This document shows, piece after piece, positions 11,894 to 23,260 of a DNA stretch of 42,650 nt (positions are counted from its first letter, which is position 1; every line of letters begins with the position of its first letter). The notes beneath the pieces are model-generated. The model was not told the origin of the DNA, did no database searches, and was given only the letters and a program-made list of their open reading frames with translations. A program made the position numbers and the translations under genes. Source of the DNA: Octopus bimaculoides (lineage: Eukaryota); assembly GCF_001194135.2 (NCBI RefSeq), contig NC_068988.1:13745307-13787956 (forward strand), given 5' to 3'.

Positions 11894-12814
11894 GACGTCC
11901 TCCCACACTGGAAAGTATTTGATCTGATATCTTACCAAGTATCTTGTCTTTTAAAATCGAGTTTTAAACACAAGATCGATTTTGCGTTGTTTTTATTTTC
12001 CAGAAATTTCGTCATTAGATTTATATATGCGACATCCCCTATCGCGTGTGTATTTAGTAGGTTGTATAGAACGCTCAGGGCAGCTCGCCGGACTAAATGC
12101 TTAGCGGCATTTCTTTCGGATTTATGTTTTGAGTTCAAAATTCGCCGAGGTATACTTTGCCTTTCAGCTTTTAGGAGTCGATAAATTAAGTATCAGTCAA
12201 ACACTAGGGTCTATGTAATCGATTATTCACTTCCTACTAAATTCCAGGCCTTGTGCCTATAGTAGGAAGTTGGGGTGTGGTGGGGTGAGCTTTTTGAACG
12301 TTCTCTTGAAGCCCTTCAATAATTTTTAGCAAATTCGTTTCAGATGTAGATTATGATTTTATGAGAACATATGAGGAAACAGATTCAAGACATTTGAATT
12401 ATTCTTTCCCATTTTTTTTTCAAATTAAATTCCGACAGTCGTAGTCACCATCATCTAAAACGTATTTGTAGAATTAAAAAAAAACACAACAAAAGAAAGA
12501 AAAAGCACAAAGAACTCCATTTTTCACAGTTATGAGAAAATATTGTAGAAGTGTGAGAATTATCTGAAACTCCTTTCTAAACCCCCGAAACATTTTTTCT
12601 CAACAAATTCCAATGTGGCACTATTCTACACTATCTAAATTGTATCTTTTGAAGACTTAAGTAAAAAATATGCATTTCTCAGAATGTTATGAGGAAATAA
12701 AATCTGTGGGGCACACATTTATAGATTTTCTATCATGTATTGATATTCTATTTGACTGGCTGTAAGGATGAAAGACAAAGTTGACCACGCAGGATAATAA
12801 TGATGTTGATGATA

Positions 12815-13690
12815 ATTCTTTCTACTATAGGCACAAGGCCTGAATAATAATATTGGTTTCATATTTTGGCACAAGGCCAGCAAGTTTGGAGGAGGGGTAA
12901 GTCGACTACATCAACTCCAGTACTCAGTTGGTACTCATTTTATCGTCCCTGAAAGGATAAAAGGCAAAGTTATCTCTGGCAGAATTTGAACTCAATGTGA
13001 TAATTCTTTCTAAGGTGGCAGAATCATTAGCACACCAGGCAAAATGCATAGTGGCATTTCATCCATCTTTACATTCTGAGTTCAAATTCTGCTGGGGTCG
13101 ACTTTGTCTTTTTTTTTTAATCTTTTCAGGGTCAATAAAATAAGTACCAGTTAACCACTGGGGTTGATACAACTGACTTAGCCACTTCTCTGAACTCGCT
13201 GGCTTTGTGCCAGAATTTGAAACCAATATAATCTATCTTACTTGAGATACAAGACCTGAAATTTTGGATGAGGGGTCTCGTCAATAACGATAACCCCTGT
13301 ACTTAACTGGTACTTATTTCATTGACCCCAAAAAGATGAAAGGCAAAGTCAATCTCAGCAGGATTTGAACTCGGAGCAGAAAGACAGGTGAAATGCTGTT
13401 AAGCATTTTGTGTGATGGGCAAATGATTCTGCTAGCTCACTGCCTTCAATAATAATAATCCTTTCTACTGTTGGCACAAGGCCTGGAATTATGGCGAGAG
13501 GGTGAGTCGATTACATTGACTCCAGTGCTTGACTGGTACTTATTTTATTGAACCTGAAAGAATGAAAGGCAAATTTAATCTTGGCAGAATCGGAACTCAG
13601 AACATAAAGACAGACGAAATGCCGCTAAGCATTTTGTGCAGTGCATAAACAATTCTGCTAGCTTGCTACCTTCAATAATAATAATAATAA
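12815..13690. mobile_element. Cluster of four (AAT)n-tailed SINE copies in mixed orientation
   Basis: Minus ~12858-12995, plus ~13012-13228, minus ~13236-13446, minus ~13457-13673. Further copies at ~11277-11489 (-), ~12078-12268 (+) and ~29282-29498 (-). Confidence 0.8.
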
Positions 13691-15274
13691 TAGTAAAAAC
13701 CCTACATAAACATTACATAAATCTCATTGACCTTTGTCACATATAAATCTAAGCCTTGTCTTGTGAGAAACCAATATTCATTTGTAACAATTTCCCATGT
13801 GATATAAGTCTGTGAATGTCCTGTTTTTTTTTTCCCCTGATTAATTAGTGGTGAAAGTATTGTAGTCGTTATTCTTTGTTCATTACTCATTTCAGTCTTC
13901 TCTTGTTTTATATTGTTTAACAATTAATGAATATATGGAATTCCTAAGTTGGTGGATGAAGTATTATTTTTGTTTTTATTAGTTCTGCTATTTAATTCAA
14001 CTGACTTAGTTATTATTAGTAATGCTTTGTTTTAAGTTCAGTATTGTTTATTTTTCTTAGTTTACTGTCTCTTTGTGTCTCTCTTCTCTCTTTCTCTCTC
14101 TCTCTCATACACACATCTGTAAACATACAAACATATATCTACATACACACCTACATAGATAGATTGATAGATAGATAGATAAACACAAGCTCCTTTCTTA
14201 CAGGAAGACTTCAAATAATTAAAAACAGAAGAGAACATACGTTTAGGTGCCTGTCACAGAACTTTTGAAAAGAATTCATGCTATTTTGCTGTAATTTCTT
14301 CTTAATGCTCTCTTAGTTATAAAGATTACAGAATGTACATATGAAAATCAGGCCACGCCTGGAAGGTATTATGAAACTATTTGTAACATAATACACACAC
14401 ACACACCTTATAATAATTCTGCTTGTCATTGTTTTAATTAACCCATTGGTAATGCTTTCACATGATTAGAGAAAAAGAGAGAAAGAAAAGAGGGAGAGAG
14501 AAGTGTCCATGACATGAGGTAGAGGGAATGTAATTGTAAGGCTTTCATGTACTTAGTTGAAGGGAAAGAGAGAAAGAAAAATGAGAGAGAAAAGGAGGAT
14601 AAGGTGAACAGGGAGAATGAAAAAGAGAGAGAAGCGTTCATGACGTGAGGTAGGGGGATTGTAATAATTTTAGCAGAGGGGTGATGTTCTGATGGTGAGG
14701 TTAAAGAAAGGAGGGGAGAGAGAGATGATGGTGGTGGAGGTGGTGGTGGTGATGGAGGCAGTGGTAGTGAAAAGTGTATTTTTTTTTTTTTTGATTGAAC
14801 TAAGTTTCTTATATCACCTATCACTTAATGCATGCACATAAGTGCAATTCCATGAAATATTCACACTTATTCATGTGGCAGATAAAGGTTGTATCATATG
14901 CATGGGATATTTTTTTGTTGTTTATGTGGAAAATGGAAGAAAGAAGTGAATATTTATTTTATGAGTGTTGTGTATTAAATATATAAAATTGTACATAAAG
15001 CATATATAAGTGCATTGTATTCCAATTTATTTCACTTTTCAATGATTAGCAGATGAGCGACTATCTATCTGTACAGACACAACACAGGCTATGCTTTCAG
15101 GTTTTGTTTCGGATGAAGTTTTCAGAAATAACCTAATAGGTTTACCATTAATTCTGTAAAATATTCACAGGTCCTGCTAGTATATATAAAGCCTTGTGAA
15201 TGGATTTGGTAGGCAAAAATTAAAAGAAGCCTGTTATGTGTACACACACACACGCGCGTGCACACACATATATG

Positions 15275-15540
15275 TGAAGACACATAGCCTAGTTATTAGG
15301 GTGTTGTACTTGCAATCATGAGATTGTGGTTTCAGTTTCTCGACTGGGTGGTGTATTACGTTCTTGAGCAAAATACTTAATCTCACATTGCTTTGCGATC
15401 ACTTTGACACCTGATACATTGTGCACTTGTTAAGGCAACGTCGATTTGATTGGAGAGTATGAGCTAATGTATGGCACATACATTTGACCACTATAAACAA
15501 ATCATTTGTGCAGGTCATTTCGTAAAAGCTGAACACACAT
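15275..15540 (+). mobile_element. Degenerate tRNA-derived SINE
   Basis: cctagttattagggtg...gattgtggtttcagtttc...gttcttgagcaaaatacttaatctcacattgct. Confidence 0.6.
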
Positions 15541-15559
15541 CTGTCATTATGTATATATA

Positions 15560-15828
15560 CAAGAGTTATGGAATGGAGTAAGAAAAATCTGGGCTACATA
15601 TGTTTCATAGCGAGTGGAACTTCAGAAGTGGAACCTCTTCAGGCTAAAGATATCTTGATTAGATTAAAGGTTACAATGTTGCACAGAGGTACATGTTGAT
15701 GCAAAGAAGATTCAATTAGAATGTGGCAAAAGTAGCTGGTGGTATACGCCTCACTTGGATTTTACCATTTCCTCTTGTTATAAAACATATATAACCTGGA
15801 TTTTACCTACTCCATTCCGTAACTCTTG
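15560..15828. mobile_element. TA-flanked MITE with 34-bp TIRs (Tc1/mariner-like)
   Basis: TA|caagagttatggaatggagtaagaaaaatctggg ... cctggattttacctactccattccgtaactcttg|TA. Confidence 0.75.
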
Positions 15829-16063
15829 TATTCTTTTTTGCACTCTCGGCAACCCTCATTGTTTACTGTGGAATATAAAAAGAACTTTTCTCTGCTCAGC
15901 GTTCTTTGATAAAGAAAAATAATCCACAACCTACTGTCTCAATAAACCAATATTGTTCCTGAAAGTGATTTTTTTTATATATCTACTATGGATTGCACGA
16001 AGCTAACTGTCTTCCTACACCTCGATCCCTGGATCTTACATTTATATATATATATATATAATG

Positions 16064-16216
16064 ATAATAATTCAGGGATGCAATTTATAAATATTTTAAT
16101 GCATCGCTATGTGCATTTCCACAAATCACATGATTATTGTGACCATAATTTGCATCCATAGGATAATTACAATACAATTTGTAATGCATTAAAATATTTA
16201 TAAATTCCATCCTTGG

Positions 16217-16224
<8 letters not shown>
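16064..16224. repeat. Short foldback with ~41-bp arms
   Basis: ataataattcagggatgcaatttataaatattttaatgcat vs atgcattaaaatatttataaattccatccttggattattat (3 mismatches). Confidence 0.75.
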
Positions 16225-16257
<33 letters not shown>

Positions 16258-16405
16258 TGTATTTATCCTACATCATATTGACACAGCTTGATACAGTCCC
16301 ATAAAACTGCTGTTGCAAATTGGAATTACCAGGCCGTAGCTGACATAACATAGGAGCTTTTATGTGTGTGCTCGAAAATATGTTTCCTGCAAACACAAAA
16401 TTAAA

Positions 16406-16439
<34 letters not shown>

Positions 16440-16463
16440 GCACACACATTACACATACATCTA

Positions 16464-16692
16464 CAGGGTGAGTCAAAAGTAGCACCCAATTCCTGTTTTA
16501 GGGTTGATATGTATGATTTCCCAATTGGGAAATACTTGAGATACTTTCGCCTCTTAACTCATGTTTTATGGGTTGGAGTATCAAAGAGTATTAACAATAT
16601 GACACATGATCCAGATTTAGTAACTTTCAAAAGTGTTAGTAATAACTTGCAAAGCAATAAAGGAAGGCATGACTTCACAGAAACTGGGCACC
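16464..16692 (+). mobile_element. Tc1/mariner-like left terminus, truncated
   Basis: TA|CAGGGTGAGTCAAAAGT start; no matching right TIR before the (CA)n tract. Confidence 0.45.
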
Positions 16693-16880
16693 ACACACAC
16701 ACACACACGCACACACACACACACACACACATGTATACACACACACACACATGTACACACATGCGCATGCATACATACATATATATATATATACGCACGC
16801 ACACACATACACACACACACATATATACACATACATATATGTACACATACACATGTGTACATGGACATATATGTGTGTAA
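16692..16880. repeat. Compound (CA)/(TA) microsatellite
   Basis: Direct inspection. Confidence 0.95.
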
Positions 16881-17121
16881 GTGTCTCTGTCTTCACATCA
16901 CGTAATAGTTGTAAATGAGTGTTGTCATAGAAACAGTGTCAATTATTTCCACTATTCTACAGAAACATGTCTGGCCTTGAGGGAATATTACTTTACCTGG
17001 AAACAGATGAGGGTTGTTGACCAGAAGAGCATCCAGCCATAGAAAATCTGCCTCAACACACAAGAATGGAAAAAGGAAATGAAAATGATAATGATGATAT
17101 ATATATATATATATATATATA

Positions 17122-17295
17122 CATATCATCATCATCATCATCATCATTTAACGTCCGCTTTCCTTGCTAGCATGGGATGGACAGTTTGACTGAGGACTGG
17201 TGAGCCAGAGGCTACACCAGGCTCAATCTGATCTGGCAAAGTTTCTGCAGCTGGATGCCCTTCCTAACGCCAACCACTCTGAGAGTGTAGTGGGT
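17122..17295 (-). mobile_element. RTE-tailed element truncated by the assembly gap
   Basis: (cat)n-ttaacgtccgctttcc...gagagtgtagtgggt, then Ns. Confidence 0.8.
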
Positions 17296-17834
17296 NNNNN
17301 NNNNNNNNNNNNNNNNNNNNNNNNNNNNNNNNNNNNNNNNNNNNNNNNNNNNNNNNNNNNNNNNNNNNNNNNNNNNNNNNNNNNNNNNNNNNNNNNNNNN
17401 NNNNNNNNNNNNNNNNNNNNNNNNNNNNNNNNNNNNNNNNNNNNNNNNNNNNNNNNNNNNNNNNNNNNNNNNNNNNNNNNNNNNNNNNNNNNNNNNNNNN
17501 NNNNNNNNNNNNNNNNNNNNNNNNNNNNNNNNNNNNNNNNNNNNNNNNNNNNNNNNNNNNNNNNNNNNNNNNNNNNNNNNNNNNNNNNNNNNNNNNNNNN
17601 NNNNNNNNNNNNNNNNNNNNNNNNNNNNNNNNNNNNNNNNNNNNNNNNNNNNNNNNNNNNNNNNNNNNNNNNNNNNNNNNNNNNNNNNNNNNNNNNNNNN
17701 NNNNNNNNNNNNNNNNNNNNNNNNNNNNNNNNNNNNNNNNNNNNNNNNNNNNNNNNNNNNNNNNNNNNNNNNNNNNNNNNNNNNNNNNNNNNNNNNNNNN
17801 NNNNNNNNNNNNNNNNNNNNNNNNNNNNNNNNNN
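17296..17834. other. Assembly gap (539 N)
   Basis: Run of n. Confidence 1.
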
Positions 17835-17879
<45 letters not shown>

Positions 17880-19343
17880 AAACCCTCAGTTTAACAGGCT
17901 AATAGGTGAACATCTCTCCTTTAGTGGTGAAAGCATTAAGTTGAAGGTAAATCAACTAACAGGAAAATCCTCCTCCTTTAATGTCCATTTTCCATGCTGG
18001 CATAGGTTGGACTGTTTGACCAGAATGGCAAGCTAGTGAGCTGTACCAGGTTCCAGTATGATATGGCTTAGTTTCTAATGGCTGGATGTCCTTCATAATG
18101 CCAACCACTTTATTGTGTGTGCTGGGTGCTTTGAGCGAGTTTCTATTTATGCTGAAAGTCTATCACATTGATGCTAATCTACAGACATTTTGTATTGTTT
18201 TATAGTGAAAAAGAGAAAAAAGACTTTAATATAATATACATTTGGGCACATTATTTGATTATAATAAAGAATATGTAATTTTTATGTAGCTGTTTGTGTA
18301 GTTTAGGGTATTTTGCTGTATAGCTATAATAATAGCTTAATAGTTTTTATTAAGTGTTTGAAGGTGGTGGTTTTGGTGGTAAAGGAGAGTATTCCATTCC
18401 TTTCAGACTCTTCTTGAATGTGCAGAAATAGACGTATTGGTCCTGTCTCTTTGCTAGCAGATAGTTGCAGTGTGTTGATTGGTGGAAATGAAATAAATCA
18501 AATAAATAGAGAGAGGGAGATTTAATTCTTCTGCCTGTGTGTAGGGCCATTGTCTGAAAGCAATAATGTTCAGAAGATCTGTCTAGAAACACCTTACATC
18601 AGAAACAAAGTGGTTGGAGAACCAGTTAGAAAAAAAAAAAAGAGAATCTCTGAAATGAACCATGCATTCTTTGTGTTGGTGTATATTACTGTAAACTGGT
18701 TTGTATACATTCATTGATTTACCAGCTACCTGGAGCTTGAGGCAATGCAAACCTGCTATGAATGTTTGCACATAATAAGGCAGAAATTTGCTCCTTAACA
18801 TACAGGCAACAATGCTGTGTTTGTGGTTCCAGAGTTATTTTTAGGAACAGCATCATACAACAAGACAGATTCATTAGCATTCCAAAACTTAGATAAAAAA
18901 AGGCTCTCAAATCTAATAAGTTCATTTGACAATTTTCTTATATGTCTCCACCTGTGAAGTGTCTGCACTTAACAATTCCCCATAGGTTTCCTAGATGACA
19001 ATCAATGCCATGGCCATCCATCACGTGCAGATTTCAACTCAAGACTTCTTACACTAACACTGTTAAAACTGTTAAATATACTGTTTATACTTCCTGTTTT
19101 TATTGTGTTTATCTTCTATGGATTCACACTGCTGAGTCACATTTAATGCTATCGACATTGTATTTTAAAGAAAACTTGAAATTTAGCTTTCCAGCTAAAG
19201 GATAATTCTGTTTTTGTTGTTTAACTCAGGTCAGTCCTGATAGGGCAGATTTATGATCAAAGGCATTCCAGATGTGACCATCTTGCATTGATTACATTAC
19301 ATGCATCTAAAATTACCAATCTAATATGTTTGCTTCTCTTTAA

Positions 19344-19560
19344 CCCTTTAGCATTTACATAGACCATATCAGGCCCAAATATTCTACCTGTTTTATGCTC
19401 AAACCAGCCAGATCTGATCTCTCACACCTGCCCTACAATGCTATTCTAAAAATAGACATTCATATAATTTAAATCTCAAAGCTACAAGATTAATACATGA
19501 TTGATACATGACTGAATGAGTAAGCTTTACATTTAACAAAGTAATCAGAATGCTAAAGGG
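19344..19560. mobile_element. piggyBac-like MITE
   Basis: TTAA|CCCTTTAGCATT ... AATGCTAAAGGG|TTAA; perfect 12-bp TIR and TTAA TSD. Confidence 0.85.
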
Positions 19561-20325
19561 TTAAGGCAGTAGGGATGTGACTTAAAGGGTATTTCCCTGT
19601 TATTTCTAGCAGATTGAGTAACCATACACAGTTCCCTTATTAGTGTGAAGTGTTGTAGTGTGACTACGATTCTAGTGTCCAATCACATTGTATAAATATA
19701 CTAAAAACAGAAAGTATAAAACTTACTGTTTCCGTGTTTGTCTGCCATGTCTGTATTCATACATCCCTACTGACTTAACCCTTTGAATTCTGCATTTAAT
19801 GGATATCAACACTGTATTTTAAAGAAAACTCGAAATTTAGCCCTTGATTTAATGTATATTGTTTTCAACACCGTAACTTTTACAAATGCATGCAACTGGG
19901 ACTCCTTGTCTTAATTTGTCAATTGCTTCTAATTTCTGTGCAACATTTAAATTCACATGCTTGTTTAACTTCTGTCATTTGATGCAATTGTAAACTGGAA
20001 GAAGTGCAAAATTTTAGGAAAATAAATTGATAATTTGGGAATTGGAGAAATATTCTGTATGCAAACTGACTTTGGTAGTTTGAAGCAAACTGAAACTAGA
20101 AATGAGCTTATTCTATGAAAAAAGCCAATGCAATACAACCCTTTCCATGTGCATGCACACACAAATAATTCTTCCTCTTTCTATTTAACATTTCTGTTAA
20201 AGGAGGAAGTGCAGCAGGAAGTCCCAAATACTGTAACTTCACATTCTAGAAATAGCAACAAAAAAAGCATAGGACACACTTATTGGATAATTTACTCCAG
20301 GAATGAGTACTGCTTGAATCTCTCA

Positions 20326-20328
<3 letters not shown>

Positions 20329-20402
<74 letters not shown>
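20329..20402. repeat. (TC)37 microsatellite
   Basis: Direct inspection. Confidence 0.97.
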
Positions 20403-20405
<3 letters not shown>

Positions 20406-21056
20406 ATACAAGAATAAGGGCAGGGAATCGTCAATTAGTAATAGAATTAATAATTAACAATTTTGCCAAGTAGTTCAGTATGAAAAAACCTTTATCGGTA
20501 AAATCATTTATCATCATAAATATATATATATATATATATCTCCTCCCTCCCTCCCTCTCCCCCTATCTCTCTGTTTTTTTACTGTGTCGTTTTCTCTCTG
20601 ACTCTGTAAATGGATGAATGAATAAATTGCAAATCCTTTAAATTGAAGGTTTACTGTATGCATGCATGTTTGTTTTACTTGTTTGTTTGTTTGCTTGGAG
20701 ACAGCTTTTATTCTCCTTTGCAAAATTCAAGCCAGTCACTAACAAAGTGGCAAAGATCTTTTGTTTAAGCCAACACAGCTCTTGGGATTTGTGATTAACT
20801 GAACTGATTGATGTATATACATGTGTGTGTGTGTGTATATTATGTTTATGTGTGCGCAAGTGGATAATGCAAAGAGACTATCAAATCAGTTTCTATTTTT
20901 TAAAGCTATATGATATCTGAAAATGAATGCAATGTCATTACCAGTTTGAATATGCTAGTGTCATGTTCAGACTTGAAAACAAGCCATTTACTGTGTTTTC
21001 TCATGGAGAAAATTTCTCTCTGAAGACAAATAGTGCAAATACACCTAAATCAGCTC

Positions 21057-21077
21057 GCAGCGCCACCAGGTGGCATA
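21057..21077. promoter_or_regulatory. Palindromic CTCF-like motif
   Basis: gcagcGCCACCAGGTGGCata matches the CCACCAG(G/A)(G/T)GGC(A/G) core, with a near match on the reverse strand. Confidence 0.45.
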
Positions 21078-21294
21078 TTCGAACTGGTAATAACATCACT
21101 ACTTAGTGCACCCACCCCATGACCTGAGAATGAGTATCTGCTCAATCTGTGATCATTTCAAGTGAAAGGTATTGTTCAACTTAGGACACATGTTCTTTGT
21201 AAGGCACTTTACAGAATGTAGTCTAGCAATAACAATTACCGAAAAAGTTTTTGTGTCAACTTCTCAGCAATACTTAAGAAGCATCCTCTGTGGT

Positions 21295-21719
21295 CAGGGC
21301 TGGATTAAGACCCATCGAGGCCCTAAGCACTTAAAAGATTTTGGTACCCCCCATAAAAGATTATGTAATTCAAAATATAAACAATAACAAACCATAAAAT
21401 AAGTTCTTATTTTTCAAGGCGAAACAAAACAGTAAGAGGGAAAATTGTTTATTTTTGTCTACTTTCACTGTATTTATATTTAAAAAGTTTCCTCCTACTT
21501 TTTTGAATTGTAAAGTTTTTGATCAGATCCTCAAAATTAATCTTAGGTAACACATTTGCATCTATACTTAGTAGAAATAAAGGCATCCCGAATATTATTT
21601 TAGCAAATCTAAAGTGATTTCTTTTGTGCCGTAAACCATTTACCATTTCTGTGGTGCCCCCTCCTTCCCTTGATGCCCTAAGCATGTGCTTATTTTGCTT
21701 AATGATTAAACCAGCGCTG
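21295..21719. mobile_element. hAT MITE with perfect 8-bp TSD
   Basis: TCTGTGGT|CAGGGCTGGATTAA ... TTAAACCAGCGCTG|TCTGTGGT. Confidence 0.9.
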
Positions 21720-21844
21720 TCTGTGGTTCTAATTAGGTTAATTGTACTGGTCTGTTGAGAATTCATGTTTCTTTTGCTCTGGTATCCAGCTTTATGTTGG
21801 CTTAGGTCATGCAAACATGTCATCAAAGGCTTTCTAAACTTGAC

Positions 21845-22210
21845 CATTTATTCAGTCATTAGGCCATGACCATGTGGAGGCACCGCCTGGGAGAATTTTT
21901 ATTTGAGTTGAATGAATCTACCCCAGTGCTTATTTTTTTTAAAGCTTGGTATTTATTTTATTGGTTTCTTTTGCTGAACCATTAATTTACAGGAGTGTAA
22001 ACACACCAACACTGGTTGTGAAGAAGTAGTGGGGGATAAATACACACACACACACGACAGGTTACTCTTAGTTCCTACCTATCCAATCTATTCACAAGGC
22101 TTTGCTCGGCATGAGGCTATAGTAGAAAACACTTGCCCAAGGTGTCACAGTGAGACTGAACCTGGAACCATGTGATTGGAAAATAAGCTTCTTAAGACAC
22201 AGCCACGCCT
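21845..22210 (-). mobile_element. CORE-like SINE
   Basis: Same family; acacttgcccaaggtgtcac, aaccatgtgattgg. Confidence 0.8.
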
Positions 22211-22577
22211 CCTTTCTTTTTCTTTTGTTTGTTACACATAATGTGTCCAGGGCTATATTGACAAACAACTTTTTGTTTATTTTTGAAGATGAGATATGAT
22301 ATTAGATAAATTTGGGTGTTATTTTTAGCAAAGCAAGCAATCTTATCAAAGCTTCTTGGTTGGTTTGATACTTGTCTTTTACTTAGTCTGTTTGTCTTGT
22401 TTAATCAATCTTTATGTGCAAAACAATCCCATTTTATGATAGCTCCTCTTCAGTTATATGTTAGCAGTCATCAAACTTTTCTGCTTTTATAACACATATT
22501 AGTGAGCCTTGATGACAAATCCAATATCATTGTCGGTTTTTGAGTGCAGTGATCTGTTGAAACTGGCTTTTATCATT

Positions 22578-22895
22578 GTTTTCAGTCGTGTTTGTTTCTT
22601 TGTTTGTCCATGGACAAGATATCTCAGGAACTGCTGGATGGATTCAGATGAAACTTTCAGGGATGTTTGGCTTCATGACTGGCACAAGCTGATTAAATTT
22701 TGGGATCGATCCGGTACCAGACAAGAATTCTGGATTATTTTTTGAGAGTGGTTGGGTTCATTTTTAGTATTCTCATTTGTGAGAGCAGTCGAGTTTATTT
22801 CAGATATTCTCATTTTAAAAATAATCTCTGGCTAATCGTTGAGAGGATATTAGTGTTGCCTTGGCGGAGGTTTACATTCTCTGAGTGCTCTTGTC
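22578..22895 (+). mobile_element. 5'-truncated Helentron/HINE-like non-autonomous element
   Basis: gtttgtttctttgtttgtcc microsatellite-like start, body ...gatggattcagatgaaactttcagg...ttaaattttgggatcgatccgg, 3' CCTTGGCGGAGG followed by a cattctctgagtg hairpin. Confidence 0.55.
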
Positions 22896-22939
22896 CTTAA
22901 TAGAATAATGGTCATTCACTTGAAGACATTTACTTTGAA

Positions 22940-23260
22940 TTATCATCAGCATCATCATCATCATCCTTGATTAATGTCCACTGTCCATGCTAGCATGGGT
23001 GGGATGGTACCACAAGAGCTGGCCAGGCTGAAGCCTGCACCAGACTTCTCTAACTGTTTTGGCAGGATTTTTACAGCTGGATGCCCTTCCTAACACCAAC
23101 CACTCAGCAGAGTGGACTTAGTGTTTTTTATGTGGCACAAGCACAAGCGAGGTCAGTTTTGACATGGTTTTTACAGCTGGATGCCCTTCCAAACACCAAC
23201 TACTTTACAGTGTGGAATGGGTGCTTTTAAGTGGCGCCTGCACTGACAGGGTTTCCAAGT
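22940..23260 (-). mobile_element. Older RTE-tailed SINE-like copy with an internal duplication
   Basis: (atc)n, ccatgctagcatgggt, and two copies of ttttacagctggatgcccttcc. Confidence 0.65.

Noticed and set aside
14438-14824. Pro/Ser/Leu-rich 128-aa ORF
   Set aside because: Low-complexity purine-rich tract with a diverged ~130-bp internal duplication.
14204-17950. Plus-strand exon candidates at ~14204 and ~17899
   Set aside because: Splice-like signals only; they could not be joined into a coherent ORF or a recognisable protein.
17200-18036. 278-aa and 204-aa ORFs
   Set aside because: Artefacts of the N gap, SINE sequence and (TA)n.
18361-18384. GGGFGGK xanthine-dehydrogenase-like motif
   Set aside because: Surrounding residues do not match and the frame stops within 16 codons.
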